From positions 1,056,001 to 1,120,000 of the forward strand of contig OZ243037.1 of assembly GCA_965212015.1 (NCBI GenBank): DNA of 64,000 nt. Direction: 5' to 3'. Position numbers and translations under genes: made by a program. Under the pieces are notes generated by a model. It saw only the letters and a program-made list of their open reading frames with translations. It did no database searches and had not been told where the DNA came from. This DNA is from Cenarchaeum sp. Lineage in GTDB: Archaea; Thermoproteota; Nitrososphaeria; Nitrososphaerales; Nitrosopumilaceae. Shown one piece after another: positions 52,737 through 62,715 of the stretch; positions within the stretch are counted from its first letter, which is position 1, and each line of letters starts with the position of its first letter.

Positions 52737-53906
52737 ATGAATACGTATTATAACTTGGGAATATATGCGGAATATTTGAGAAAATTTCAGAATATAGATG
52801 CGATTACGGCCGAACGGAAGAAAATGCTGGCAAATATTTCAAAATTAAGGGAAAACAGAGACATATTGGTATTTGCATCAGATCTTTCAAAAAATCGAGC
52901 TCCGATAGGAATAGAATACACTGATCTTTTGGCCGTTCAAGATCAGCTAGAAAATATGTCAGGCGATGCCATCGACATAATACTAGAGACTCCCGGCGGC
53001 ATGGGCGAAGTCGTGGAAGATATAGTAAAACTGATTCGCCAAAAATATGAAAAAGTTGGAATGATAATACCCGGATACGCAAAAAGTGCAGGAACGATCT
53101 TTGCAATGGCAGGTGATGAAATCATGATGTGTAATGGATCATCACTGGGACCCATTGACGGACAGATTCAGCTTAGAAATGGAAAACGATTTTCCGCAGA
53201 TGCATTCTTGGAAGGAGTAAAGAAGATAAAGAAAGAAGTAGATGAAACAAAAAAACTAAATGCTGCATATATTCCAATGCTACAGAACATATCCCCTGGA
53301 GAAATCGAAAACTGTGAAAACATTCAAGATTTCTCGAAACATCTAGTTGCAGATTGGCTTGGCAGGTACAAATTCAAATACTGGGATAGACACTCTGACG
53401 GGCGGAACGTGACAAAATCCGAAAAAGATGACAGGGCAGAAAAGATTGCAACTGATCTGTGTTCCCAATCAAAATGGCTCACGCATGCTCGATCGATAAA
53501 AATCAATGATCTGGAAAAACTTGGGATCAAGATCACGGATTATAGCAAAGATACGAAATTGAATGAGGCCATAACTCGTTATTACACACTTTTGAGGATA
53601 AGTTTTGAGAGCTCTTCAATATTCAAAATTTTTGAAACAGTGAATTCCCAAATCTATCGCTATATGGCGCCATTGAGACTTGGATCACAAAATCGGGATC
53701 ATTTTCTAGTGGAAAATTCCTGCCCGACATGCAAATATAACTTCAAAATTCAGGTCAATTTGAAAAAAGGTGTGTCTCGACAAAAGGGGGCAATAATGTA
53801 CCCGGTCATCACAGACTGGGTGAATTGCCCTAATTGTAGCAAAAAAATAGACCTAAAACATATACGTAGGACGATAGAATCACAATTTGGGAAAAAGGTG
53901 ATATGA
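52737..53906 (+). CDS. SDH/ClpP-class serine protease with C-terminal zinc finger
   Basis: ILETPGG, AKSAGTIFAM, SLGPIDGQ, WLTHARSI; CPTC...CPNC. Confidence 0.85.
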   Translation: MNTYYNLGIYAEYLRKFQNIDAITAERKKMLANISKLRENRDILVFASDLSKNRAPIGIEYTDLLAVQDQLENMSGDAIDIILETPGGMGEVVEDIVKLIRQKYEKVGMIIPGYAKSAGTIFAMAGDEIMMCNGSSLGPIDGQIQLRNGKRFSADAFLEGVKKIKKEVDETKKLNAAYIPMLQNISPGEIENCENIQDFSKHLVADWLGRYKFKYWDRHSDGRNVTKSEKDDRAEKIATDLCSQSKWLTHARSIKINDLEKLGIKITDYSKDTKLNEAITRYYTLLRISFESSSIFKIFETVNSQIYRYMAPLRLGSQNRDHFLVENSCPTCKYNFKIQVNLKKGVSRQKGAIMYPVITDWVNCPNCSKKIDLKHIRRTIESQFGKKVI

Positions 53907-53909
53907 TAC

Positions 53910-54083
53910 ATGGCGAGTGGAAAATTTAAGATAGTATTCGAACAGATGGAGGAGGCAGAAAACCAGCTAGAGATGGCTACGATGAAGGAGACCATGATAC
54001 AGAGTGAGGAGATTCGAAAATTAATTGAGGTGATGGAGGAGACCATGCCTGTAGATGAGCCCATTATTTATTCGGGTTCATAA
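53910..54083 (+). CDS. 57-aa acidic peptide downstream of the protease (missing from the ORF track)
   Basis: MASGKFKIVFEQMEEAENQLEMATMKETMIQSEEIRKLIEVMEETMPVDEPIIYSGS; 3 bp after the protease stop, with GGTGA upstream. Confidence 0.6.
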   Translation: MASGKFKIVFEQMEEAENQLEMATMKETMIQSEEIRKLIEVMEETMPVDEPIIYSGS

Positions 54084-54147
54084 GAAATTAATTTTTGACA
54101 AGCATGTCATGTTATAAACAAGAATTGTTTGTTTAATTACGCTCAAG

Positions 54148-55194
54148 TGCTCTGTGTCACAAGCTGCTTAATTTTTCCCAGTGTAAATTAATCGAGGCTG
54201 TTTGTTCACACAATCAGACCCAAAAAGCTTTAGAGCATGACTACACGATAATACCGTGGATAAAAATTCAGATTATGAGCGCAGGTTAAAGGACCGCGGA
54301 GTCATCCACATCGACAAAAATGTTTTGAAATCATTCGAGAGGGATCGGCACAGGATGAACAAGGGAAAGACAGGATGCAGATTCCTATATTCTGACGAAA
54401 TGATTACCGTTCTGGCATACATTCATCTCTACTTTAGACTGCCATACAGACAGACACAGGGCCTTGCAGAATCGTTGTTTGGCAAGCACACTACAGTGCC
54501 ATCATATTCTACCATCTGCAAACGGATCAACAATCTGGATTTGGATATTACCGCAGGCAGAAAGACACACGGTACAATTGTAATCGCAATAGACAGTACG
54601 GGAATAAAGGTAACAAATAGGGGCGACTGGATGCGAGAAAAACATGGCGTGACAAGAAAGGGATTCATAAAAATACACGCCGCCATTAACGTAGATTCCG
54701 AGAAGACAACGGGATTTGTAACTACGGATGAAAGCTCTCATGATTCAAATCATTTTACAGAACTGGTAGAGCAGTCACAGCAATGCAGAAATGTGTGCTG
54801 GCAGACGGCGCGTATGATTCCAGAGTGATATTTGATGACATGTATTACAATAATATTAAACTGGCAGTACCCGTCAGAAAAAATTCCAGGTCTGATGCGC
54901 CGTCATATCCGAGTCTGATGGCAGTCAGGATTCAAAAACATGACTATTCGGAATGGAAGAAATCTTCTGGATATGGAAAACGATGGCTTGTTGAATCGTT
55001 ATTCTCTGCAATAAAGAGAATGTTCGGAGAATCAGTCATGGCACATAAAAAAGAGAACATGATGCACGAGATGGTGCCAAAGATGGCCATATACAACAGG
55101 ATGGTGCTGGCTGCATGACGTCATGCCGGATCGGACTACTCTGGCACGGGTTGGAGGATCACGTTATGAGGTAGGGGACTTGTGACACAGAGCA
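54148..55194 (+). mobile_element. IS5-family (IS903-like) element with frameshifted transposase
   Basis: 16-bp perfect IR TGCTCTGTGTCACAAG; ORFs 54256-54828 (DSTGIKV..GDW.REKHG) and 54783-55118 (ADGAYD, RWLVESLFS). Confidence 0.88.
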
Positions 55195-55224
55195 ACTGAT
55201 TCTATAGAATGGTTAGATATACAT

Positions 55225-56019
55225 ATGAAACCGCCATATACAGGTACAAATATGAATCAAATGTTAAACATAGATGTATTTGGGCTACCCCCAAAGGAGG
55301 ATCCCACATCCTATCCGGGCAAACGCCCAAAGACATCGTACATATTCTGCACGGATTACATAATACCTATAAGCCTCAATCCCAGCAGATTTGAAAATTC
55401 GAGCATAAATGGGGACAATCTTGAAGATTATTTCAAATGCGGTACGCCGCTGCATGATCGATATATGATCGTAGGATATGGCTCCAATGCAAGTCCTCCA
55501 CAGTTGAAATGCAAATACCGTGATCGAAAAAGCATATTTCCAGTATTCAAAGGAACGCTAGCAAATATGGATGTCGTATATTCTAACAAACAGACATCAT
55601 ATGGATCAATTCCTGCCACAATCACAGATTCGCCAGGAACCACAGTTGAAGCATGGGCTACAATTCTCGATAAAAAACAATTATCCATCATGGATAAGAC
55701 CGAAGGTCGTGGAAAAAGTTATTTTTTAGCAAAAATTCCCGGAGAACTATGCCTCGAAAATGGAGAATATTTTTCGCCCGTATTATCATACATATCCATG
55801 GCAGGAGTGCTGCGGTCTGATGGTAATCCCATACGTCTAAAAACAATACAAGCTGATGGAAAAAAATTCAAGGAATATACACAAAAAGAAATATTTACTG
55901 AATGTACAACTGGTATGATCAAAATTTTGAATAGAGGGTCAAACTTTGGAATCAAATTTGAGGTAATTCCATGCAATGCAGACATTCCTACAATATCGGA
56001 AATGAAAAGACATTCATAG
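55225..56019 (+). CDS. gamma-glutamylcyclotransferase-like (GGCT/AIG2 fold) protein
   Basis: VGYGSNASP.QL, L..MDKTEG...Y motifs. Confidence 0.65.
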   Translation: MKPPYTGTNMNQMLNIDVFGLPPKEDPTSYPGKRPKTSYIFCTDYIIPISLNPSRFENSSINGDNLEDYFKCGTPLHDRYMIVGYGSNASPPQLKCKYRDRKSIFPVFKGTLANMDVVYSNKQTSYGSIPATITDSPGTTVEAWATILDKKQLSIMDKTEGRGKSYFLAKIPGELCLENGEYFSPVLSYISMAGVLRSDGNPIRLKTIQADGKKFKEYTQKEIFTECTTGMIKILNRGSNFGIKFEVIPCNADIPTISEMKRHS

Positions 56020-56151
56020 ATATGTGACTGAGAATTATCTGTGTCACTAACCTCACAATTTTTCCTTATGTATAGCCAAACGTATAAGTCTTTTGAAGAT
56101 CAATAACTTTTGACCAATCTCTTTTTTGATCACTAGTCATTCATACGTGCC

Positions 56152-56466
56152 ATGGATACAAAAAATGAAGAACTCCTTCTGGCCTACAAACGCAACAGAC
56201 GCACACCAATAGGATATCGACTGCACGCAGTATGCATGATAGAAATAAACAGACGCAGTGTGGCAGATACCGCGCGTGAATTCATCGTATCGTACCAGTT
56301 AGTGCAAAACTGGCTAGACATATACAAGAAAGATGGAGCAAAAGGCCTGAAGGACAGGCCAAGATCTGGCCGTCCCTCACTCGTATCCAAAGAAACAATC
56401 GAATTCATCACAAACAAGACAAAAAAGATAACACCAAAAATACAGCCTTGCCCCAATGCCAAATGA
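56152..56466 (+). pseudogene. IS630 transposase N-terminal HTH fragment
   Basis: VQNWL..YKKDGAKGLKDRPRSGRP. Confidence 0.8.
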
Positions 56467-56478
56467 TCATTGCATCAT

Positions 56479-56892
56479 TTATGACTCTGCATCCCTTATC
56501 TTCCCGGGCAAGTCCCCTATTCCCTGCATCATTTTACTCCCAAAGTCATCCAGTTTTATCCCGGCCATATCACTCGCTTCTTTCATGCATCTCTTGTATG
56601 GCTTTCCAGAGCCGCCCTTGAAATAAATAACTGTCTTGTATTTTTTCAGGGATTCGGCCACGTGTGGAATCAGCTCATCGCACCTCTGCTCGTCCATCAG
56701 CCTGTTGTACGGCGCAATCACCTTCTCTGCCGGAATGAGGCCGTGCTCGGCACTCAAAATAAACATGTCGTGGTTCTGCCGCCTGTTGTATACGGCCTTT
56801 ATCCGCGCGGACTTGTACAGTTTATAGGCAGGCATCGGGTCGGATTCCTTTTTGTTCCCGCACGCAGTCACTATGGCTATCATTTCGGGCAT
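56479..56892 (-). CDS. DUF6884-like protein
   Basis: TACGNKK..PMPAYKLY, FILSAEHGLI, IAPYN. Confidence 0.7.
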   Translation of the reverse strand: MPEMIAIVTACGNKKESDPMPAYKLYKSARIKAVYNRRQNHDMFILSAEHGLIPAEKVIAPYNRLMDEQRCDELIPHVAESLKKYKTVIYFKGGSGKPYKRCMKEASDMAGIKLDDFGSKMMQGIGDLPGKIRDAES

Positions 56893-57779
56893 CTCGTGGA
56901 GATTTTTACCGTATCATTCTGCGTTATTGCAATCCGGGAGTTCTTGTTTGCGGTACAGTATTGTGCCAGCTCGCACCTAGAGCGTACCGTACACTCGTCG
57001 TTTACAATATTGGAGCATCCAAGCCTTCCCAAATTCCACAGTGCCTCGTCTAGCTGGAGCGGATAATGTTCGGTATTGGAGCACGCATCCTTCCAGGCCT
57101 TTTTTGCATTATCTGCCAGCTCGGCAAAGTTTCCCTCAAAATCTCCTGCAACACACCCCGTCGTTACAGTCGCCCTTGCGGTGTGGATGTCTATGGGAAT
57201 GGGGACAAGCTCTAGATTTTTGAAGGGAATGCCCGCCTCCTTGTGCATTATGCGTATCCACAGCGATAAAATCTTGGATGTGCCGGTACGGCCTGCCAGA
57301 TACGGGAATCTTTTCCCGTGTTTGTTCCTCATGGCATCAAATATCCGATATGCGTCATGGTCGTACTCTTCGAATAGTCTGCGGGGATCGCCATCAAACA
57401 GCTCTAAAAATGACAGGCAGATGGTTCGCCATATCTTTGCATCCTTTTCTTTCTTTCTGCTCAGCTTGTGCTTTGAGAGGGCTTCTACCAGCTCCGACAT
57501 GGTTTTTTCAGACACCATACTGGGGTAAAACACCCATCTGACTTGCTCGTCATTCATTGTCTTTCTTGCCGATTCCCACAGATCCTTTGCGCTGCGCATA
57601 TAGTCTATTGCCACGGTAAGGGTGTAAAACATTATACACTCATAGCTGTCCGGTGCGATGCCGTCCGGCAAATTGCTCTCCGGTAGATCGGCGTCCTCAA
57701 ATATGCCGGTCTTTTTGGAGTGCCAATCCAGGAGGATTTCGATGACTTTTTTGGTTCTTGCGGGGTCTGTCTTTAGCAA
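56880..57779 (-). CDS. HhH-GPD superfamily DNA glycosylase-like protein with Fe-S cluster motif
   Basis: KILSLWIR, IPIDIHTAR, LDEALW.LG..GC.....C.....C.....C. Confidence 0.72.
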   Translation of the reverse strand: MLKTDPARTKKVIEILLDWHSKKTGIFEDADLPESNLPDGIAPDSYECIMFYTLTVAIDYMRSAKDLWESARKTMNDEQVRWVFYPSMVSEKTMSELVEALSKHKLSRKKEKDAKIWRTICLSFLELFDGDPRRLFEEYDHDAYRIFDAMRNKHGKRFPYLAGRTGTSKILSLWIRIMHKEAGIPFKNLELVPIPIDIHTARATVTTGCVAGDFEGNFAELADNAKKAWKDACSNTEHYPLQLDEALWNLGRLGCSNIVNDECTVRSRCELAQYCTANKNSRIAITQNDTVKISTRCPK

Positions 57780-58119
57780 TGACTAATGATATCGCCGTAT
57801 CTTATAAAGTGGATCGCAGAATGGTCTTTGGTGCTAGATTATACGGGACAAGACAGTCCAAATAGAGATTCTGGGCAATGAAAGGTAAAATATGGAAAAA
57901 CCTCTGAGGTGCTGGCAAAACATGACTGATAGTGTCCGAATATTACCGTACATTTGATGAGATGAAGTATTCACTGTGCGAGTATTTCAGGACAAAGTAT
58001 TCGTTAGACGTGATAAAGTATTTCATGAGGGTTATGCCAGTTTCAAATTACTTGTGCGTTTGACTATAAAGCATAGTGTATGATGCGAAATTATTTGTGA
58101 TCGACGAAGTACTTGCAGG

Positions 58120-58701
58120 TTATGCAGGCAGATATTTGTCGGATTTTAGCATGTCTATTGCGTATTCCGTATCAGCTGCCGTAAATCCGGCATCCGGCTT
58201 TAGTTTGTCAAGCTTGTCATGGATGTATTCCACGGTATATTTGCCAGATATTGCATGTTGCCGTATCGCCCAGAAATGAACCGATGCCAGCAGTTCAAGA
58301 TCCCTCGGGGATCTTTCGTCAATAAAGCTGACAATTTCATCCATCTTGTCATTGATTTCATCCGTAAACTCGATATCGGCAAAATCGGGATTGCGCTCGT
58401 GGTTAAAAATCATTTTTGTTGTGAAAATTCCGGGTTTTTTTGTAGGTATCGACTTGGTGTTTACCCGTTCAGTGTATATAAAATCAAAGGCCATATGTTG
58501 AATCTCCTCGCTGAACGGGCCGTAATCCCGCCATTTAAAGTCAAAAAGGTTGAGACTCTCATTGAAAAAATACAGGCTTTTGTGCAGGGCTTTTTTCCCG
58601 TTTATGCCGGAGGATTCGCCCTGCTCGCGATCCGTGGCTTTTTGGATCAGCAATAGCACAATGTCGCTTTTAGTGGATTTCACAACTACCCACCCGCACA
58701 C
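58120..58701 (-). CDS. YwgA/SocA/DarG-C-terminal-like winged-helix protein
   Basis: LHKSLYF, F.W.DYGPFSEEI, LELLASVHF. Confidence 0.65.
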   Translation of the reverse strand: MCGWVVVKSTKSDIVLLLIQKATDREQGESSGINGKKALHKSLYFFNESLNLFDFKWRDYGPFSEEIQHMAFDFIYTERVNTKSIPTKKPGIFTTKMIFNHERNPDFADIEFTDEINDKMDEIVSFIDERSPRDLELLASVHFWAIRQHAISGKYTVEYIHDKLDKLKPDAGFTAADTEYAIDMLKSDKYLPA

Positions 58702-58927
58702 TCGTATTGATTGACATCGATCAAGTATTATTCATCTATGAATTAAATCTTTCTTGATCCTCCTAGCTACGTTCAGGTAAAGGATATTCATAGTTATTTG
58801 CAAGAAAATCCTGAATTTTTGCATATTTATCAGGAGGCAAACCACCAGTATCCTCTCGATTTTGCAATAGATTGCCAAGTATGGTTGATAGAATCTCATC
58901 TTGTATCATATCTGCATCTGTTTGTTT

Positions 58928-59158
58928 CTATTGCATGTTTTTAATTATTTGGCTATAACACGATATCTTGTTGCATGTAAACAAGAATTTTCCGTTGGAT
59001 CGTTTTATGCTTCCAGCGTTTTCTATAGATATTTTATCATTGCATGTATAACACATCATTTTGCCATCGTTAAAATCTTGTAGCTGGCCGTATTTTCTCA
59101 ACAGATCTTCTAGATCAGCTACATGTACCGCCTTGATTTCCTTGCTTTGAGTCGACAT
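58928..59158 (-). CDS. small zinc-binding hypothetical protein
   Basis: CYTC...CNKISC, 76 aa. Confidence 0.6.
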   Translation of the reverse strand: MSTQSKEIKAVHVADLEDLLRKYGQLQDFNDGKMMCYTCNDKISIENAGSIKRSNGKFLFTCNKISCYSQIIKNMQ

Positions 59159-59296
59159 CGTGATACTATGATAATACCCGACGTAAATAACTCATTCGGA
59201 TGATGGTTCTATGAAAGTATGAGGTCACCTCCTATTATCACACAAATCAAGTATAATTGATCGCCTGATCCATGCTATAAGGACTCAGCCCGATAT

Positions 59297-59521
59297 ATGA
59301 TTGGACAGAGACCTACCAGAAGAGAGCTTGAGGAGGCTCTAGATTCCATGACCTATGCCGTGAGTTTCATGTCAAAAAACATGAAAATTATGAAATTCAA
59401 TTATGATGCGATATTGAAGGAAAATGAGGAATTTAGACGCAAACTGGCATATTACGAGAACTCAAACTCCCCGCCGTCTGCAAACTCTTTGGAATGGAAA
59501 AAGCGCAAACGGGGAAGGTAA
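59297..59521 (+). pseudogene. IS66-like transposase N-terminal fragment
   Basis: Coiled coil followed by ENSNSPPS and KRKRG. Confidence 0.65.
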
Positions 59522-59610
59522 AACGGCGACACGACACAGCGTGGAAAACCGGGTATCGGCGCGGCAGGTTTTACGTACAGATTCAATATCGTGGCATCCG
59601 GAATCTGGGC

Positions 59611-60582
59611 TTAAAAAGGAAATAATTTGCCGTAAAGCTCGGTTATTGCGTATGGGGCAGGTCTTCTCAGCTTGTATGTGGCCTTTTTGCGCACCGTCTC
59701 ATCCCTGCCTACTGCATAGCTCTCATTGCAATATTCGAACATTTTGAGATCCAATTCACTGTCCCCCACGCCTATAACCTTGTCTGTGTTCGAGCCTATA
59801 CGCAACACGTTGCTAGTCAGGAACTCTATGGCTGCTCCTTTGTTGACCCCTCTGGCAGTTACGTGGATGGTGTTTTTTGTACGATAATAGTTTACCTTGG
59901 CACCTGATTTCTTAATTGCGCTATTCAAGCTCCTTACACCAATCGATTTTTTTAATAGCACCACCTCGGACAGCCTGTTCGATTGGTTGGGATCCTCATG
60001 GAACGGAATATGCGTCTTTTTCATATAACTAACCAGTGTGTCAGGTTCCGTTCTTTTTCCTAGCAGACGATAGTTCATTCCAGCATGCATGTCACCGAGC
60101 AATATTCCGCCTGCTTCTGCGATGCCATAGAATCCAAGATCATATTTTTCATTCAATGCATATACTTCTTGCATGGCACGGCCGGTGCAGAAATATATTC
60201 TACAGTCATGCTTTTTGAATTTTTCGAATTGATCCTTGACGTCTCTGTTTATGGTTTTTATTCCGGTATGTGTCAGTGTGCTGTCTATGTCAAAAAATAT
60301 ATGAAATCTTCTGTCATCCATTTTTTTAGGTTTTGACTTTCTTTTGTGGGGCTCAGTCTGATCAGGATAGAATTTGGTGGTTGTAACGTATTTCATTTGC
60401 TTGAAACGATCTTGATATTTTTGCAGGGTTTTTCTGTTGTTTTTGAGCACCGCGTTTTTTGTCTCCAGTGTGAGCTCATACTCGCCTTTTGTTTTTTCTA
60501 TTGTTGAGAATAATCTTTGACGTTTTAGACTGTCAGTTGTCTTTTTTTGAGCACCTTTTTTAAAAGTGATAAAAATCTTCAA
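59611..60582 (-). CDS. HAD-superfamily (Cof/IIB type) phosphatase with N-terminal extension
   Basis: FFDIDSTL, CTGR, NKGAA, GDSELD. Confidence 0.82.
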   Translation of the reverse strand: MKIFITFKKGAQKKTTDSLKRQRLFSTIEKTKGEYELTLETKNAVLKNNRKTLQKYQDRFKQMKYVTTTKFYPDQTEPHKRKSKPKKMDDRRFHIFFDIDSTLTHTGIKTINRDVKDQFEKFKKHDCRIYFCTGRAMQEVYALNEKYDLGFYGIAEAGGILLGDMHAGMNYRLLGKRTEPDTLVSYMKKTHIPFHEDPNQSNRLSEVVLLKKSIGVRSLNSAIKKSGAKVNYYRTKNTIHVTARGVNKGAAIEFLTSNVLRIGSNTDKVIGVGDSELDLKMFEYCNESYAVGRDETVRKKATYKLRRPAPYAITELYGKLFPF

Positions 60583-60592
60583 TTTTCATAGC

Positions 60593-60925
60593 TCACTGTA
60601 CAAGCTTTATTTTTACCGCGTCTACCTTTGCCTTGCCCAAATTGCTACGCAGTCCTTGCAATGCTCGTCTGAATTTCGCCTGGTTTTCCGGGTTTATTAT
60701 GGCGGTTGCGGCAACACAGAAATCCTCGGTATCCCCAAAAGCCTCAACCGTCTGGGCGTTCTTTATGTTGTTGAACTTTTCCAATAGCTCGTCACGCAAT
60801 TTGGCACAAGCGTTTTTGTGACCTGTCTCGGAACATCGGAGTAGTATGTGAGCCTTGGTCAGTTTTTGAGTAGACAAGTATTGGCATACCCGCACTAACC
60901 ATATAAAAATCATGCTCTGGTGCAT
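60593..60925 (-). CDS. small ferredoxin-like/AsnC ligand-binding-type protein
   Basis: KAHILLRC alpha/beta pattern; 10 bp upstream of the HAD gene; start uncertain. Confidence 0.45.
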   Translation of the reverse strand: MHQSMIFIWLVRVCQYLSTQKLTKAHILLRCSETGHKNACAKLRDELLEKFNNIKNAQTVEAFGDTEDFCVAATAIINPENQAKFRRALQGLRSNLGKAKVDAVKIKLVQ

Positions 60926-60927
60926 TG

Positions 60928-61300
60928 GTAACAGGTTAGGTTGAGCACGAGGCCGATTTTCCCTGATCTACCCGATCTAAATAATTTTGCGATCAGACCG
61001 CCTTGTTGCCCGATCCCTCAGAATTCAAGATTTTACGCGACGAGATGGCCCGGCTTATTGCAGAGGTGAAGAAAAGAGACACCCATCTGAAGGGTGCATT
61101 TCATATAATCGAGGGACAGAAGGTGCAAATCTCTGATCTGAATCTGAAGGTCATCGAACAGGCAAAACTCCTTGCATACTATCAGAATCCTCACTCGCCG
61201 CCCTCACAAAACTCCATTCCATCCAGTAAGAGAAAATCAGACGGATCCAGCACAGCACAAAAAGCCGGGACGCAGAAAGGAACGCAAGGGCACGGTGTTC
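60928..61300 (+). mobile_element. IS66-like left end and truncated transposase
   Basis: GTAACAGGTTAGG terminus; ORF with coiled coil and NPHSPPSQ. Confidence 0.65.
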
Positions 61301-61303
61301 CGA

Positions 61304-61615
61304 TTACGTCATGTCCTGATCTGCCACTATATGATCAATCAGTGCAGAAGCATACGAGGAGCTTGGGAAAAAACCATAGCGTCCATTGATGCTTTTGTAT
61401 CGTTCACTCCGGTCGTCGTTTTTCATCAAATCCCACATGCGTTGAAACCGCCTCATCGAAATCACCCTATCGATACCGCTACAACTAGGCGTGGCAGTTA
61501 TCTTGTCTGATGCACTAGCTTTGGCATCAAACACACACGAACGGCTCAAAGTTTTGAATTTTTGCGTATGTCTCAGCTCTACAATCGCCTGTCTCCAGAA
61601 TTCCTGAAAATCCAT
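61304..61615 (-). CDS. hypothetical protein, paralog of 51617-51928
   Basis: Shared FKTL, ITATPS, MKND, SERYKS, SALIDH. Confidence 0.75.
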   Translation of the reverse strand: MDFQEFWRQAIVELRHTQKFKTLSRSCVFDAKASASDKITATPSCSGIDRVISMRRFQRMWDLMKNDDRSERYKSINGRYGFFPSSSYASALIDHIVADQDMT

Positions 61616-61899
61616 GATATAGTTACCGGCATCCCGGTATTCAAATCTTTGTGACGCTCTGATGGTTAGGTCCCGTTCTTGCGAATCCAGACATGCCTCC
61701 TAAAGGCCTGTTTCGGCCCGGCAGATCCCAATCCGGGACTCGTGATCCGACACAGGGCAAGGAATAGTCGTACAGTCGCGGTACAATCTCTGATCCCCCA
61801 CAAGCAATATGGGCACGTCTAGCATGAGGCCGGCAACGGCCCGATAGGAGCTGGTGTGATTTTGGGCTAGTACGATAAATTATAAATCAAGACGGCACC

Positions 61900-62529
61900 A
61901 TGATTTTAGTGTCAAAAAGCTGGAAGATTCCGGTAACCTGGAAATGCAGGTACGACTGTACGGGGGTGGCGAATTTTATTTACGTGCATGCGTCCAGAAA
62001 CAGGGGGAGAATGGTGGTGCTAGATGTGGGCTGCTCGACGGGGGCGGCCCTGGCATCGTGCCGGTCCGGCCTGCAGGCGTACGGGTTGGAGATGCAGACG
62101 ATCGGAATAGACCAGCTAAAATTCCCCGCAGTGCCGGGGTTTGTTCCGGATATGCTGGCAATGAGGGCCAGATTGAACCTGGACGAGTTTGTCCGCAGGG
62201 ACGTGCTAGATGTAGAGGGGTATTTTGACCGGTGCGATGTGGTAATCTGCGCCAATGTGGTCCGCTATGTCGATAAACGGTACAGGCTGGCGATAATCAG
62301 GCAGTGCGTTAAATTTCTAAAGCCCGGCGGGACCCTGATTACCGACGGAATAGACAGGACGCTTGATCTGCCCGGCCTGAATGGTACAGTCAGGAGGGGG
62401 GTATGCGCCAGAAATATGGTATCAAGGTTTTTTTACAGGTATTTTGCGCATTTTGTTGATCCAAAAGAGATGGTATCCGTGGTGAGGGCCGGTGCGGAAA
62501 AATATGTCAGGCACTTTGAGAATTCCTAG
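61900..62529 (+). CDS. class I SAM-dependent methyltransferase
   Basis: VLDVGCSTG, DVVICANV, LKPGGTL. Confidence 0.82.
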   Translation: MILVSKSWKIPVTWKCRYDCTGVANFIYVHASRNRGRMVVLDVGCSTGAALASCRSGLQAYGLEMQTIGIDQLKFPAVPGFVPDMLAMRARLNLDEFVRRDVLDVEGYFDRCDVVICANVVRYVDKRYRLAIIRQCVKFLKPGGTLITDGIDRTLDLPGLNGTVRRGVCARNMVSRFFYRYFAHFVDPKEMVSVVRAGAEKYVRHFENS

Positions 62530-62715
62530 GCGTATGTATCCGGGTGTTTTGATTGTTCCAAATTTGCGCGGGATACGGGGATGGCTCGAATATGGAATAT
62601 GGTGGTTTTTGAGGTGTGATTTTGGGTATTTGTGGTTGGTTTGGCCGAAGGATCGTTCCGAATTCAACCATGATTGACATTTAACAATACTCGATCTCAA
62701 ATTTGGGATTAATTT

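Larger units (their letters stand above)
56073..58066 (+). mobile_element. IS630-derived non-autonomous element with cargo
   Basis: IRs TAGCCAAACGTATAAGT / ACTTGTGCGTTTGACTA (14 of 17 match); TA on both flanks; transposase 5' and 3' remnants. Confidence 0.65.
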
